From the sequence record MF547663.1: 64,000 nucleotides of DNA; one strand, given 5' to 3'. Positions 32,441 to 42,819 of the stretch are shown piece by piece. Made by a program: the position numbers and the translations under genes. The DNA comes from Clostridioides phage LIBA2945. How positions within the stretch are numbered: position 1 is the first letter of the stretch; the number at the start of each line of letters is the position of its first letter. The notes below the pieces were generated by a model. The model worked only from the letters and a program-made list of their open reading frames with translations. It had not been told where the DNA came from and ran no database searches.

Positions 32441-33724
32441 TTAATAATAAGAAACTTCTTTACCTTCCTCTCTAACTCTTAGAAAAACAGGAAATCTTAA
32501 GGATAGTTCACCTTTTTCATTGTTGGTTTCCTCGAAAAATTTTACTTCTATAACTCTTCCTAATATCTTATTTTGGTTAATAAAATAATACTTACGTTGT
32601 TCATCTGTAAATCCAGAGCCAACTCCTAATCTATATCCTTTATAATCACATATTATGTTGCCTAACAAATCCTTGTATTTACCATCACCTTCCTCTATAT
32701 CAATACATCTTATATCACATGTATTAAACACCTTTACTTTAAGTAAACTTTTTACACGTTTACATTGATATGATTCATCAGATATATTAATCATTACTCC
32801 CTCTTCATTATTGGATATCATTTCACTTAAATATTTATTAATCATTGTAATATCTCTACCTTGATATAATGGTTCTAAATATTCAATATATTTTAGTTCA
32901 TTGATAAGTCTTTTAAATATCCTTTCAAGTTTGTTTTTTCTAATATAACATGGTGTTTTATCTTCTCCTGCATAAAAGTCATTTATATTTTGAACATAGT
33001 CATAACAAACCATTTTTAATCCTGTTTTAATACCTTTAACTCTACATCTTTTTAAAGTATCTTTAAATCGCTCTTTAGAATTTTTATAGATACCTTCTGC
33101 AAGTAATTCACCATCATAAACTCCTACAGGCATTTTAATAAAATCTTTCTCTATATCAATTAAATTTTCTATTATCTGTCCTTGTCTGCTAAATATTTTA
33201 ATGGAGTTTTTATCTTTAACTACTATTATTCTTGTTCCATCCAATTTAGTTGTTAAAATAAATTCTTTATTACCAAGTTTATCTTTATTTTTATCATAAT
33301 TTTCTGCTAACATTACCCCAAATTCTCTTACAAGTCCTGGCATTATTTTATTTGCAGTTTTTGATGTCAAGCCTAATTTAATTGATTTTGTAGCTAATCC
33401 AATTATAAATTTTTTCAATTCTTCATTTTGATTTGCAAATACTTGTATAGTTTTAATGTCAGTGTCTCTTCCTGTGTTATTTTTAGATAGGTAATCAATC
33501 ATATCATATACATTATTTAAATTACTATAATTAACACTATTTAATGACTTAGATATTTTCTTTTTAGATATTCCAGTTACAATATATGTATCTAAAAGAA
33601 ATTGTAAACATTCAACAAACATTCTATTATTTTTATATTTTTCTAATATTCTCTCTTTTTCTTTTCTACTAGATGTAGCTGCTAAAATATCAAATATTTT
33701 TTTTATTTCTAAAAGCTCTTTCAT
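32441..33724 (-). CDS. ATP-dependent DNA ligase (nucleotidyltransferase superfamily; an RNA substrate is not excluded)
   Basis: motif I KLDGTR, motif III YDGELLA, motif IV EGVMIN, motif V LLKVK, C-terminal OB-like region. Confidence 0.7.
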   Translation of the reverse strand: MKELLEIKKIFDILAATSSRKEKERILEKYKNNRMFVECLQFLLDTYIVTGISKKKISKSLNSVNYSNLNNVYDMIDYLSKNNTGRDTDIKTIQVFANQNEELKKFIIGLATKSIKLGLTSKTANKIMPGLVREFGVMLAENYDKNKDKLGNKEFILTTKLDGTRIIVVKDKNSIKIFSRQGQIIENLIDIEKDFIKMPVGVYDGELLAEGIYKNSKERFKDTLKRCRVKGIKTGLKMVCYDYVQNINDFYAGEDKTPCYIRKNKLERIFKRLINELKYIEYLEPLYQGRDITMINKYLSEMISNNEEGVMINISDESYQCKRVKSLLKVKVFNTCDIRCIDIEEGDGKYKDLLGNIICDYKGYRLGVGSGFTDEQRKYYFINQNKILGRVIEVKFFEETNNEKGELSLRFPVFLRVREEGKEVSYY

Positions 33725-33778
33725 TAAAAACCTCCTTGTACCTACTAGGTAAAATCACATTAAAACTATTGTTTTAAC

Positions 33779-34003
33779 TTAATCTTCAACCTCATACCAA
33801 TTCCAATCTATAAAATTTTCAAAAACATACTCCCATGCGATTTTATCTATATAATCCTCTCTCTCTTCATCAGACATATCTTTTAAATCATCATCATCTA
33901 TTTCAAACTCTAACTCGCAGTCTGAGCCAACTTTATTAGTTTTAACACATACATTTACTCTCATATTTAGCACCCTCCTATTTAAACTAAACTTTTTCCC
34001 CAA
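33779..34003 (-). CDS. hypothetical acidic protein
   Basis: ORF. Confidence 0.3.
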   Translation of the reverse strand: MGKKFSLNRRVLNMRVNVCVKTNKVGSDCELEFEIDDDDLKDMSDEEREDYIDKIAWEYVFENFIDWNWYEVED

Positions 34004-34325
34004 TCAAAACAGACTTTAACTCATTTTCTTTATCTTTAGAATAACAGTATCCATTATAATTATTTGCACATGTTAATAATTTACATTTTATTATATACTC
34101 ATTTATTATCTTACCATTATGATGTATAGACATTATTTCAGCTAGAGTTTCTCTACAATGTCTACATGCAAAATCATAAGTTTCTTGTTGATTTATTTTT
34201 TTTAATCAAACAACAATCTTTATCTTTTAAAAATTTATGCCTAAATATACATCTTAAACTTTTAATAAAATATCACTCCTTATATATTTATTATTCTTGT
34301 CATACTATTGTCATCATTGAAAACA

Positions 34326-34715
34326 CTAGTTTTCATTAACAACATCTTTTAGTTTAACTCTTTCTGTATCTGAAACAATAGACCATTTTGGCTTGTACCC
34401 AAATTCATCTACCCATTTAGAAAGTACTTCATTTACTCTATTATTTAATATATCTATGTGTTCTTTCTTTATATTAAGTATCCAACCGTCTCCAACTTCT
34501 CCATATTCATCATCTATTTCTTCTTGAACATTCCACAATATATTTTCTACATCTAAATCTGGAAGACCACCAACCTCTTCCTTTTTTCCAACATAAACAT
34601 ATTTCCCACATTTTTTCATTTTAGCTGCTTTAATCGCTTCTTTTTTACTTTCATACTCATCACTATTAAAATGTTCGTCATCCCAACTATATAGCCATAC
34701 ATCTTTATTTTGCAT
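34326..34715 (-). CDS. hypothetical protein
   Basis: ORF. Confidence 0.3.
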   Translation of the reverse strand: MQNKDVWLYSWDDEHFNSDEYESKKEAIKAAKMKKCGKYVYVGKKEEVGGLPDLDVENILWNVQEEIDDEYGEVGDGWILNIKKEHIDILNNRVNEVLSKWVDEFGYKPKWSIVSDTERVKLKDVVNEN

Positions 34716-34791
34716 TATCTCTCTCTCCTTTTATTTATTTTCTTATATCTCTCTTAAAGTAATTCTATATTTCCCATATTTAATCTCCCCC

Positions 34792-35118
34792 TTACATGAC
34801 ACCAATTGTGAATCTACAATCCACTATCATAAGAATCTCTCTCAATGTTTTGCCTATAAATGTATGGTCACTATCATAAATATTTCCTGAAATATTTTCG
34901 CATTCAAATTTATATTCTAATAGAAACTCCCTCATTAATTCATTTGAATCTAAATCCTTTGGATTCGGAACTTCCAATTCATCCCATCCACATGGATGAA
35001 TATTACATGGTACATAAATAGTGCCTCCAAATTCCTCATGTGACAACTGGCAAATTTTTATAATAAAATCATCAGTAAGTTCATCTTTTTCACAAATCTT
35101 TCTAAAGTTGAAATCCAT
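34792..35118 (-). CDS. hypothetical protein
   Basis: ORF. Confidence 0.3.
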   Translation of the reverse strand: MDFNFRKICEKDELTDDFIIKICQLSHEEFGGTIYVPCNIHPCGWDELEVPNPKDLDSNELMREFLLEYKFECENISGNIYDSDHTFIGKTLREILMIVDCRFTIGVM

Positions 35119-35152
35119 TCAATAACCTCCTATTTTCTATAATTTGATTTAA

Positions 35153-35752
35153 CTACTCAAAAATCTCCACATATTTAAATGGTATATACTCACATAACCA
35201 AACATTGTTTTCAGATAAGTAAAACTTATAACCATTTTCATACATTTTACCTGTATTAATTTTTAAAATTACAGGTGTACCATGTCTTTTACCAACTTTA
35301 ATAGCAGTATCTATATCCCTTGATAAATGTACATATAGTCTACTTTGTTTAATAATACCTTCATTTTTAATATTGTCTAAAAATCTAGTAGCTGTTCCAT
35401 GATAAAGATATTCTGGTGGTTCTAATTCTTTCAATTCAACATCAATATTAATTGAATGTCCTTGATTTGCTCTAATCTTACTTCTATCCTCATTAAAACT
35501 GTACCTTTGCTTATTATCTTCTTTAACTATTTGCTCAAGGATTTCTATATTAATATTTCTACCAGTATTATTTATTTTTTCAATCAATTCATTAACATCT
35601 GCATATCCATAATCATCTAGTTTAATTCCAATAATTTCTGGTTTATGTCTTAATATTAAACTTATAAAAATAGATAACTTATCTTTTTTACTCATTGACT
35701 TCACCTCATCTTCTTTAGCTAATATTTCAGCACTATCTATACATCTCGCCAC
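35153..35752 (-). CDS. kptA: RNA 2'-phosphotransferase (Tpt1/KptA family)
   Basis: LSIFISLILRHKPEIIGIKLDDYGYADVNEL and LYHGT...VHLS...RHG match the KptA/Tpt1 blocks. Confidence 0.78.
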   Translation of the reverse strand: MARCIDSAEILAKEDEVKSMSKKDKLSIFISLILRHKPEIIGIKLDDYGYADVNELIEKINNTGRNINIEILEQIVKEDNKQRYSFNEDRSKIRANQGHSINIDVELKELEPPEYLYHGTATRFLDNIKNEGIIKQSRLYVHLSRDIDTAIKVGKRHGTPVILKINTGKMYENGYKFYLSENNVWLCEYIPFKYVEIFE

Positions 35753-35901
35753 AATTTTTACATTGATACATAGTACCTAATTGTGTATTAAGTTCATATA
35801 TATATCCACCACAGTCACATTTTTTAATTCTTATTGGATTTTTCTTCATTTTTAATCACTCCTTTTCTATTAAAATCTTGATTTTAACTTCATTATTCTT
35901 A

Positions 35902-36096
35902 TTAATATTTAATATATTTACCTTTGCATTCTACAATTAACCCTTCACTATTCCTATCGTTAATCCAACTTAATTTACATATCTTATTAACCTTAAAACA
36001 TTTCTCTTCATTAGTTAAACATGTAGTACATTTGATTATCTTTCCTAGTGTTGGTAATGGTTCTCCCATTTTCACCCTAATTATCATTTCATCCAT
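35902..36096 (-). CDS. hypothetical protein
   Basis: ORF. Confidence 0.3.
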   Translation of the reverse strand: MDEMIIRVKMGEPLPTLGKIIKCTTCLTNEEKCFKVNKICKLSWINDRNSEGLIVECKGKYIKY

Positions 36097-36105
36097 TTTC
36101 TTCTC

Positions 36106-36519
36106 CTATTCAATACTAAGATTATATTTTTTGATTACATCTTTATTTTCATAAAAATTACCTATGATTTCTAATTTCCTATCTTTTGAAAATATTTCAC
36201 TTAAATTAAAAGTATATTTTCCACCTATACTTTCAAATGTAACTGTTGTTCCTTTTATTAAAGATAAATCCACTAAGCTTATTTTCCAAACACCATCAAA
36301 TATGAATTTAATAATATCATATTGAAATATCTTTTTTCCAAAATAATCTTTTAGTCCTATATATTGCATTACTTTTAAATCTTCCATTCTTGGTATGCAA
36401 ATATGGTTATGGTATTGTTCAGAATATCCACTTTTTATAAACATATCTTCTGTTAGTAATCTTAATTCTTCTCCATGTATCATTCTAAATCCATTCCAAA
36501 TTCTGAAATCTAACTCCAC
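36106..36519 (-). CDS. YopX-family phage protein
   Basis: FRIWNG...MQYIGLKDYFGKKIFQYDII resembles the YopX block (F)RAW....[20 protein letters not shown]. Confidence 0.45.
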   Translation of the reverse strand: MELDFRIWNGFRMIHGEELRLLTEDMFIKSGYSEQYHNHICIPRMEDLKVMQYIGLKDYFGKKIFQYDIIKFIFDGVWKISLVDLSLIKGTTVTFESIGGKYTFNLSEIFSKDRKLEIIGNFYENKDVIKKYNLSIE

Positions 36520-36537
36520 TTAACCAGCTCCTTTGTT

Positions 36538-36771
36538 TTATTCTTCTGTCGTATCTAACAATCTTGTAACTTTTTTTACAGACCAATCACATGGAAGTAA
36601 ACCCTTGTCTATTAATTCATATAGCATACAATTATGTTCATCAAGATTTTTCATATATCCAAGAGGACAATTTTTGCAATGTTTAGATTTTATACAAATA
36701 TATTTAATAATATTTAAAGCACTTAAAGTGTTCTCTATATCTTTTTCTGTTAATTCAGTTTGATTTTCCAT
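36538..36771 (-). CDS. hypothetical cysteine-containing protein
   Basis: ORF. Confidence 0.3.
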   Translation of the reverse strand: MENQTELTEKDIENTLSALNIIKYICIKSKHCKNCPLGYMKNLDEHNCMLYELIDKGLLPCDWSVKKVTRLLDTTEE

Positions 36772-37067
36772 ATGTACCTCCCTATAATTTTTCTAACATC
36801 TTACAATTTTTCTTATTACATTTACCTCCACAACCACATTTTTCAATATTTCTAAACCAGCCTTTGTGTATTTTTCTTTCAGCACAAAGCTTTTTTATTA
36901 AGTTAAACTGATATTCTTCCACTTTTCACTCTCCACACATTATGTTTTGCATTTTATTTATTTGTTAGTTTTATTGAAAATATAAATTTACAATATATTC
37001 TATCAGCTATTCTAAGATTTAATAGTGACTTAGAATAGCTTAGTTTCTCTATAATAAATAATTTTAA

Positions 37068-37406
37068 TCATTGCATTCTTCTAACTAAATAATCCATAGT
37101 TCTTCTAAATCCATTCTCTGCCTTTAATATATAGACTTCTTTAAAATCGTTTTCTATATTTTCATATCCATTTAATTTATTTATGTACTTAATTATTATA
37201 TCAAATGAAACTATTTCAAAAAACAATATATTTTCTATGACATATTGAATTTTTTCTAAATCCTTTTCTTCTATGTACTTTATAAGTTTTTTAATTTTAA
37301 TTGGCAAATCAGCATCATCTTTTGTTATTTTAATCATTTCAACACGCTGCTCATTCTTCTCCAATGAATTTCCCTGAAATTTATTTGTCGCTTTTATTAT
37401 ACTCAT
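37068..37406 (-). CDS. hypothetical protein
   Basis: ORF. Confidence 0.3.
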   Translation of the reverse strand: MSIIKATNKFQGNSLEKNEQRVEMIKITKDDADLPIKIKKLIKYIEEKDLEKIQYVIENILFFEIVSFDIIIKYINKLNGYENIENDFKEVYILKAENGFRRTMDYLVRRMQ

Positions 37407-37566
37407 CTGCTTCTCCTCTCTAACCCATTATATTTATATTATATCATATCGAACAACCGTTCTGTATATTTTTTCTAAAATTATTTTTATTTTTTTGGTT
37501 TTTGATTTTATAGATTTGTTGAATCTTTTTATAAATGCACTAACATGCACATTTATAAAAAGATTT

Positions 37567-38460
37567 TTATTCTCGATTAGTCTTTAAATTATGATACCTC
37601 TGATGATATGCTTTATAGATATTATTTGCATCACCTTTCAAGCATTTTAACTCTAAATATTTTTTTATTTCAGGAATAGACCAAGATACACACTCATAAG
37701 CTTCTTGTTCATACATATCGTATATTATCCCTGATTTTTGTAAAGTCTTACCAGTCAGATGTATGTCTAAATCTGAAAATGCTACTGATAAAGTTTTTAA
37801 CCTATTTTGTATTCCATTCTTACTAATAGCCTTCATACCATTATCAGTTAATTTGGTAGGTCTAGTTTTTATTATATATTCACAATCCATGTTAAATTTA
37901 TATTCTGTTTCTTTACTACTTCCCTTTATTTCGCTTTTAGTATAATAATCTTCTACAATAACATCTTCTAATATTTCCTTCATATAATCATCACAAATAA
38001 ATCTTCTGTCTGGAAGGTCTATATATGAATAATCTTTTGCTATATCTGACACTTTCAAATATCTTAATTCTATATAATCTTTTCCCATGATACCTTCAAA
38101 GAGAGCATATACTATAAATTTATCTTGAGCATTTAAAAATGCACTACATATATTTTTTATTTGGTTTCTTGTAAAATATTTATTGGCATTAAATTTTATC
38201 ATATCTGTGTATTTGTTAGTATCTATACTAATATTACAATTATTTTCTTTTAATATCTCTCTTAAAATTCTTAAATTAGTATATACAGTTGTAGTAGATT
38301 CTCCTATTAATCTTCCTTTTATAAAACTATCTATATTTTGTTCATTTAAATTACTTATTTTATCTATTTTAGCTTTAGTTATAAACTCTTCTAAGTATCC
38401 ATTTATTCTGTTACGTCTTACTTCTTCCTCTCTTATTGTACTTTCTAATTTATTAACCAT
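37567..38460 (-). CDS. hypothetical protein, possibly a degenerate integrase-like paralog
   Basis: 297 aa just downstream of the integrase and co-oriented; N-terminal SAM-like flavour but no clear R-H-R-Y set. Confidence 0.3.
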   Translation of the reverse strand: MVNKLESTIREEEVRRNRINGYLEEFITKAKIDKISNLNEQNIDSFIKGRLIGESTTTVYTNLRILREILKENNCNISIDTNKYTDMIKFNANKYFTRNQIKNICSAFLNAQDKFIVYALFEGIMGKDYIELRYLKVSDIAKDYSYIDLPDRRFICDDYMKEILEDVIVEDYYTKSEIKGSSKETEYKFNMDCEYIIKTRPTKLTDNGMKAISKNGIQNRLKTLSVAFSDLDIHLTGKTLQKSGIIYDMYEQEAYECVSWSIPEIKKYLELKCLKGDANNIYKAYHQRYHNLKTNRE

Positions 38461-38571
38461 TTTTTAATTCACTCCCTTTTTAAGCATATATAATAAATTA
38501 TAGTACAACATAATCTATAAGTACATATTATTATGTTTTATTTAGCTTAATTGTTCTATAATTTTTTAATA

Positions 38572-39540
38572 TTAATTAACATCTCCCACTTTTAATAATT
38601 TATATATTGGATTATTTTCAGTCATTTTTTTTGTATTACTCTCTTTGTCTTGATGCATATAATATTTATACATTGTCTGTATACTTTTATTACCTGTAAA
38701 CTTTCCTATTTCTTCCAATTTTGTTCCTGTTTCAGACATTAATGAAACAAAACTATGTTTAAAACTATGCGGTGTTACATGAGGCAATCCAGCTAACTTC
38801 AATGCTTTTTTTACAAGTCTTTCTATTGACCTTGTTGTTAATCTTTCATTATTTTTAGATAAGAACAAAGCATTTGTGCTATCTTTATTATCTTTTTTAC
38901 CTTCGATTTGGTTTCTAAAGTATAAAAAATCTCTATACATTTTTAATACTTGTTCATTTAAACCTACATTTCTTTTTAATTTTCTTTTCCCTATCACTTC
39001 AAAATCTCCATTCGAGAAATTTATGTCTTTTATATTCATTTTTTCTATTTCATGTATTCTCATACCAGTAAAAATAAGTATGTTTATAATCAAATTATCT
39101 CTGCAAGTATTATAGTTTTTATTATCAACATATAATTTATTCATAGTTTCTAATAATTTAATAATTTCATCTTTAGTTAATATCTTTTTCTCAAATTGAA
39201 CTTTATCTTGTAATTTTTTAACGTAGCTAACGGGATTATCTTTAATTTTACCTTTAGCTCTAAGAAAGCCACAATAAGCTTTAAATGATGCTCTTTTTCT
39301 GTTTATTGTAGCTGCTTTCATTCCTTTTTCTTTTAATAAGATAAGCCATTTTTCTTGTATATCTGTAAAAAGTATTTTATCAAGTTCTTCCATTGTACAA
39401 TTTTCTTTTTTAAATAAATACCTTATGCCTTCTTTTACATCAGCTCTATATGCTTTTATTGTTTTCTCATCTCTATCATTATATAACTTTAAATTTAATA
39501 AAAATTCTTCTAGAGCTTCTATTCCAGTCATATGTATCAC
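38572..39540 (-). CDS. tyrosine site-specific recombinase / phage integrase
   Basis: catalytic-region signatures GMRIHEI, HSFKHSF, terminal YKYYMH tyrosine; 322 aa. Confidence 0.8.
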   Translation of the reverse strand: MIHMTGIEALEEFLLNLKLYNDRDEKTIKAYRADVKEGIRYLFKKENCTMEELDKILFTDIQEKWLILLKEKGMKAATINRKRASFKAYCGFLRAKGKIKDNPVSYVKKLQDKVQFEKKILTKDEIIKLLETMNKLYVDNKNYNTCRDNLIINILIFTGMRIHEIEKMNIKDINFSNGDFEVIGKRKLKRNVGLNEQVLKMYRDFLYFRNQIEGKKDNKDSTNALFLSKNNERLTTRSIERLVKKALKLAGLPHVTPHSFKHSFVSLMSETGTKLEEIGKFTGNKSIQTMYKYYMHQDKESNTKKMTENNPIYKLLKVGDVN

Positions 39541-39697
39541 ATCCTTTTTATTTTATATTTATATCATATACCTATTTTATTTAGTTGTCAATATTTTTAA
39601 GTAATTTTATATTTTATTTAGTTTAATTAATCTTATCAAAATATAAAAATTTTTTTGATAAGATATTAAATTAAAAACTACGATTTTATTGTCATTT

Positions 39698-40270
39698 TTA
39701 TTGACCATACTTCTTTATGTATTCTAATAATGCCATGCTCATCAAATCAGATTTATTAAACTCTCTAAATTTTTCACAAAACTCATCAAATAAGTTCCAT
39801 GCATCTTTATTCAACCTAACTGTAGTCCTTATAGCATCTTTTGAAGGTAAATCAATTTTAATACCATCCTGTACAATTTCTATTACATTTGTATCTTCTT
39901 TATTCTCAAACCAGTTTAATACATCTTGTATTTTATCATAGTCTTTTGCTAAAGAGATTATATTATTTTTAAATTGGTTGTCAATTACTATGTTGTGATT
40001 GTTGTCATCTTCTATTGTCATATTAAATCTATTATCATTATTACTCTGTTGTCTGTTGTTTACTACCTTTGTCATACTATTGTCACCAATAAACACATAC
40101 TCATCATTTATACGTTTATAACCTCTTTTAGTGAGATATTTTCTTATACTACTTTCAGATACACCAAGCTCTATAGCAACTTTAGTCAAACTCTTACTAT
40201 CATTTAACTTACTATTAATATATTCAACTATATATGTTATATCATTATTTTTTAAATCATTCCAAGTCAT
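39698..40270 (-). CDS. HTH DNA-binding protein
   Basis: VAIELGVSESSIRKYLTKRGY helix-turn-helix. Confidence 0.4.
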   Translation of the reverse strand: MTWNDLKNNDITYIVEYINSKLNDSKSLTKVAIELGVSESSIRKYLTKRGYKRINDEYVFIGDNSMTKVVNNRQQSNNDNRFNMTIEDDNNHNIVIDNQFKNNIISLAKDYDKIQDVLNWFENKEDTNVIEIVQDGIKIDLPSKDAIRTTVRLNKDAWNLFDEFCEKFREFNKSDLMSMALLEYIKKYGQ

Positions 40271-40399
40271 ATACTCACCTCTAATTTAAGTATACTACAC
40301 GAGATTATGATTGTCATACTATGTTAATCTTTTAATTCTACGTTTAATCTACATATCTTTCTAAACTATATCATTTTTTTACAATATTACGTCTATTAA

Positions 40400-40560
40400 T
40401 AATTGACACACTCCCCATAGTTAAAGCAAGGGGATTCTTGGTGGCTAACGCACTTATTTATACTTAAACAGTACAACAGAGGTGTGTTACAAAGCCAAGC
40501 TACTTCGGACGGTGTCTTCGCCACTACTACCTTAAAGTTATTCGCCCACACATGGCTCAA
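40400..40560 (-). ncRNA. putative TnpB-associated omega/right-end RNA region
   Basis: about 160-nt GC-enriched, stem-rich segment immediately 3' of tnpB on its coding strand, inside the IS right end. Confidence 0.4.
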
Positions 40561-41720
40561 ACGGTAGATACTTTTAAATTTATTGGTTGCTTATGATTTA
40601 TTCTAAAATCTACTAAACCATATTTATGCTTTTTATTTAAAATATTCCAAGCACCAACTATATCTCTATGAGTTTTATAACCACAAGTACAACTATAAGT
40701 TCTACCAGTTGGTTTGTGTTTTTTAGAACACTTTGGGCAAGTTTGAGAAGTGTAGTTTTCTTTAACTAACTTAACTTCAATACCTTGCTCTTTTGCTTTA
40801 TATTTTATATAGTCCTTTATTCGACCATACTCCATTTGAGATATTTTCTGTCTATTAACTCTGTTTAATCTTTTCTTTTTCTTAGTATCTTTTTCAACCC
40901 CTTTTATATCCCCAAGAACTATTTCACATACCTTCTGCTCCACACAAAAGTCTATAAACTTTCTAGTTGTTTGATGATATAAATTCATTAACTGATTATC
41001 TGTTTTACTTCTTATCTTATTTTTTAATCTCCATAACTTCTTTGATTGTCTACTACCTTTTTTACATTTACTTAATCTTTTAGATATATAAGCATACATC
41101 TTATTTCTAAATTGTTTAATACTTCTGCCTTCTCTATTAGATAGAATAAGCCCTACACCTTCATTTGTTACACTAGCTATCGAATGTATTTCCCCTAAGT
41201 CTACACCTACGGTATTGGTGCCTTTGGCTACAACTCCATTTAATTCATTGTCAAAAGTGTAGTATAAATAATATCCGTTTCGCCATACTATTTCAGCAGT
41301 TTTTATATTCTCAACATTAAAATCTAATTCTAAATACCTGCCTTTTGACATTGATAATTTTAAGTTGCCTTTAGCATTTCTATTAATAGCACTAGCTTTA
41401 AAAGGTATTATATAAAATTTCTTAGTCTTGTATGGATATTTTGCTTTAGTATTACCTTTTTTTCTTAATTCTGATATAGTCTTTCTATTTGCATCAAATT
41501 TATCTGATATAGCTTGAATAGTTTGACTATGAAGATTGTACTTACCTTTGATTGACTTTTGTATATCATTCTTTTTAATCCATTGTTTATGTTCAAAATA
41601 GTATTCTTTAGATAAGTTAACTATATGATTCCAACAATTAGCACTCTCCATTTGTTTTTCCCTTATTAATTCAAATTGTGTTCTAGTTAGGTTTAATTTT
41701 ACTCTATGAGTTTTTATCAT
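40557..41720 (-). CDS. tnpB: IS605-family TnpB (RuvC-like RNA-guided nuclease ancestor)
   Basis: 387 aa, C-terminal zinc finger CPKCSKKH...CTCGYKTHRD, RuvC-like VGVDLG. Confidence 0.85.
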   Translation of the reverse strand: MIKTHRVKLNLTRTQFELIREKQMESANCWNHIVNLSKEYYFEHKQWIKKNDIQKSIKGKYNLHSQTIQAISDKFDANRKTISELRKKGNTKAKYPYKTKKFYIIPFKASAINRNAKGNLKLSMSKGRYLELDFNVENIKTAEIVWRNGYYLYYTFDNELNGVVAKGTNTVGVDLGEIHSIASVTNEGVGLILSNREGRSIKQFRNKMYAYISKRLSKCKKGSRQSKKLWRLKNKIRSKTDNQLMNLYHQTTRKFIDFCVEQKVCEIVLGDIKGVEKDTKKKKRLNRVNRQKISQMEYGRIKDYIKYKAKEQGIEVKLVKENYTSQTCPKCSKKHKPTGRTYSCTCGYKTHRDIVGAWNILNKKHKYGLVDFRINHKQPINLKVSTV

Positions 41721-42130
41721 TTTTTCTTACTCCTAATTGGTTGATTGTCTATGTATTGTTTAACTACTTCTAAACTTACAGAGCCAACAGTTCCTACGAA
41801 ATAACTATTAGTCCACATGCTAGGCATACTAGACTTTAAATGTGGAAAGTTCTCTCTTAATACTCTCGAACTAAAGCCTTTTAAACCTTTTACTACTTTA
41901 TGAATTCCATATTGAGGGTCACAAGATATTAATAAGTGCACATGTTCTTTATCAGTTTCCATTTCTATTATTTCTGCTCCAAGTTCATCTGCTTTATATG
42001 GTAGTATTTCTTTTAACATCTTTTCAACTTCGCCAACTAAAACAGGTTTACGATACTTAGGGCAAAATACAATATGATATTTGCAATCATAAACTATATT
42101 TTCGTTAGATTTATACATAAAAACTAACAC
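41717..42130 (-). CDS. tnpA: IS200-family TnpA (Y1 HUH transposase)
   Basis: HVHLLIS HUH motif, about 137 aa, overlaps tnpB start by 4 nt. Confidence 0.8.
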   Translation of the reverse strand: MLVFMYKSNENIVYDCKYHIVFCPKYRKPVLVGEVEKMLKEILPYKADELGAEIIEMETDKEHVHLLISCDPQYGIHKVVKGLKGFSSRVLRENFPHLKSSMPSMWTNSYFVGTVGSVSLEVVKQYIDNQPIRSKKK

Positions 42131-42503
42131 CTCCTAAATATAGGGTATCAGTAGTGGTATTAGATTACAAGCATTATTCTAACTTTTTTTATATTAAGAC
42201 CTTACCTTTCATCCCTACACCTAAAGGAGAGGGCTTTTTGGCAATTTTATTGTAATTTAGTATATTGACTTTATATACTTACTACAAAATTAACCCTAAA
42301 GTGCTGTTATACTTTAACTTATTACTAGATTTTAGTACCATACATCTTTCTAATTTATTTATTAACTTTAAGTAACACAATCTATTAAATATAAAATCCG
42401 AATTATTGAAATCAGTTTTATACTTAAACAAAAATATTTATATTTGAAGTATTAGCATTTTTAAAATATAATTTAATTATAATCTAAAAAGGGGTTGAAA
42501 AAA

Positions 42504-42803
42504 ATGGATGTTGAACAATCTAAAAAAGTTTATCTAAGCATTGGAAAAGAATTATCTAAAAAAATGACTAAATCAGAGTTAACTAAATTTTCGCAAGAAG
42601 TAGCAAACTATTTGCAATATGCTGGACTTGATAAGAATATGAAAATTAAACTATTTCAAACAATTTTGGAAATGGTGGCAAGGAAAAAAATAACATTATC
42701 AAGCGATAGCGAATTTACAGAAGGAATATTACAAAGTGATGAAGCAGAAATGACGACGAATATAGGATTTATAATCGAAGGATTAAGTTATCATAATGAC
42801 TAA
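42504..42803 (+). CDS. hypothetical protein
   Basis: ATG at 42504 after AAAGGGG RBS (track start 42495 is a TTG). Confidence 0.35.
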   Translation: MDVEQSKKVYLSIGKELSKKMTKSELTKFSQEVANYLQYAGLDKNMKIKLFQTILEMVARKKITLSSDSEFTEGILQSDEAEMTTNIGFIIEGLSYHND

Positions 42804-42819
42804 TTTTAGCATTAAAAAA

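Larger units (their letters stand above)
40395..42250 (-). mobile_element. IS200/IS605-family insertion sequence (tnpA + tnpB); ends approximate
   Basis: adjacent overlapping Y1/HUH transposase and TnpB genes, GC-richer structured ends, imperfect subterminal hairpins at 42215-42240 and 40410-40435. Confidence 0.7.

Noticed and set aside
32441-33724. Calling the 427-aa nucleotidyltransferase an RNA ligase partner for Tpt1
   Set aside because: Motifs I, III, IV, V match ATP-dependent DNA ligases (KxDGxR, DGElv, EGvvvK, LLKvK) better than Rnl1/Rnl2. RNA activity left as an open question only.
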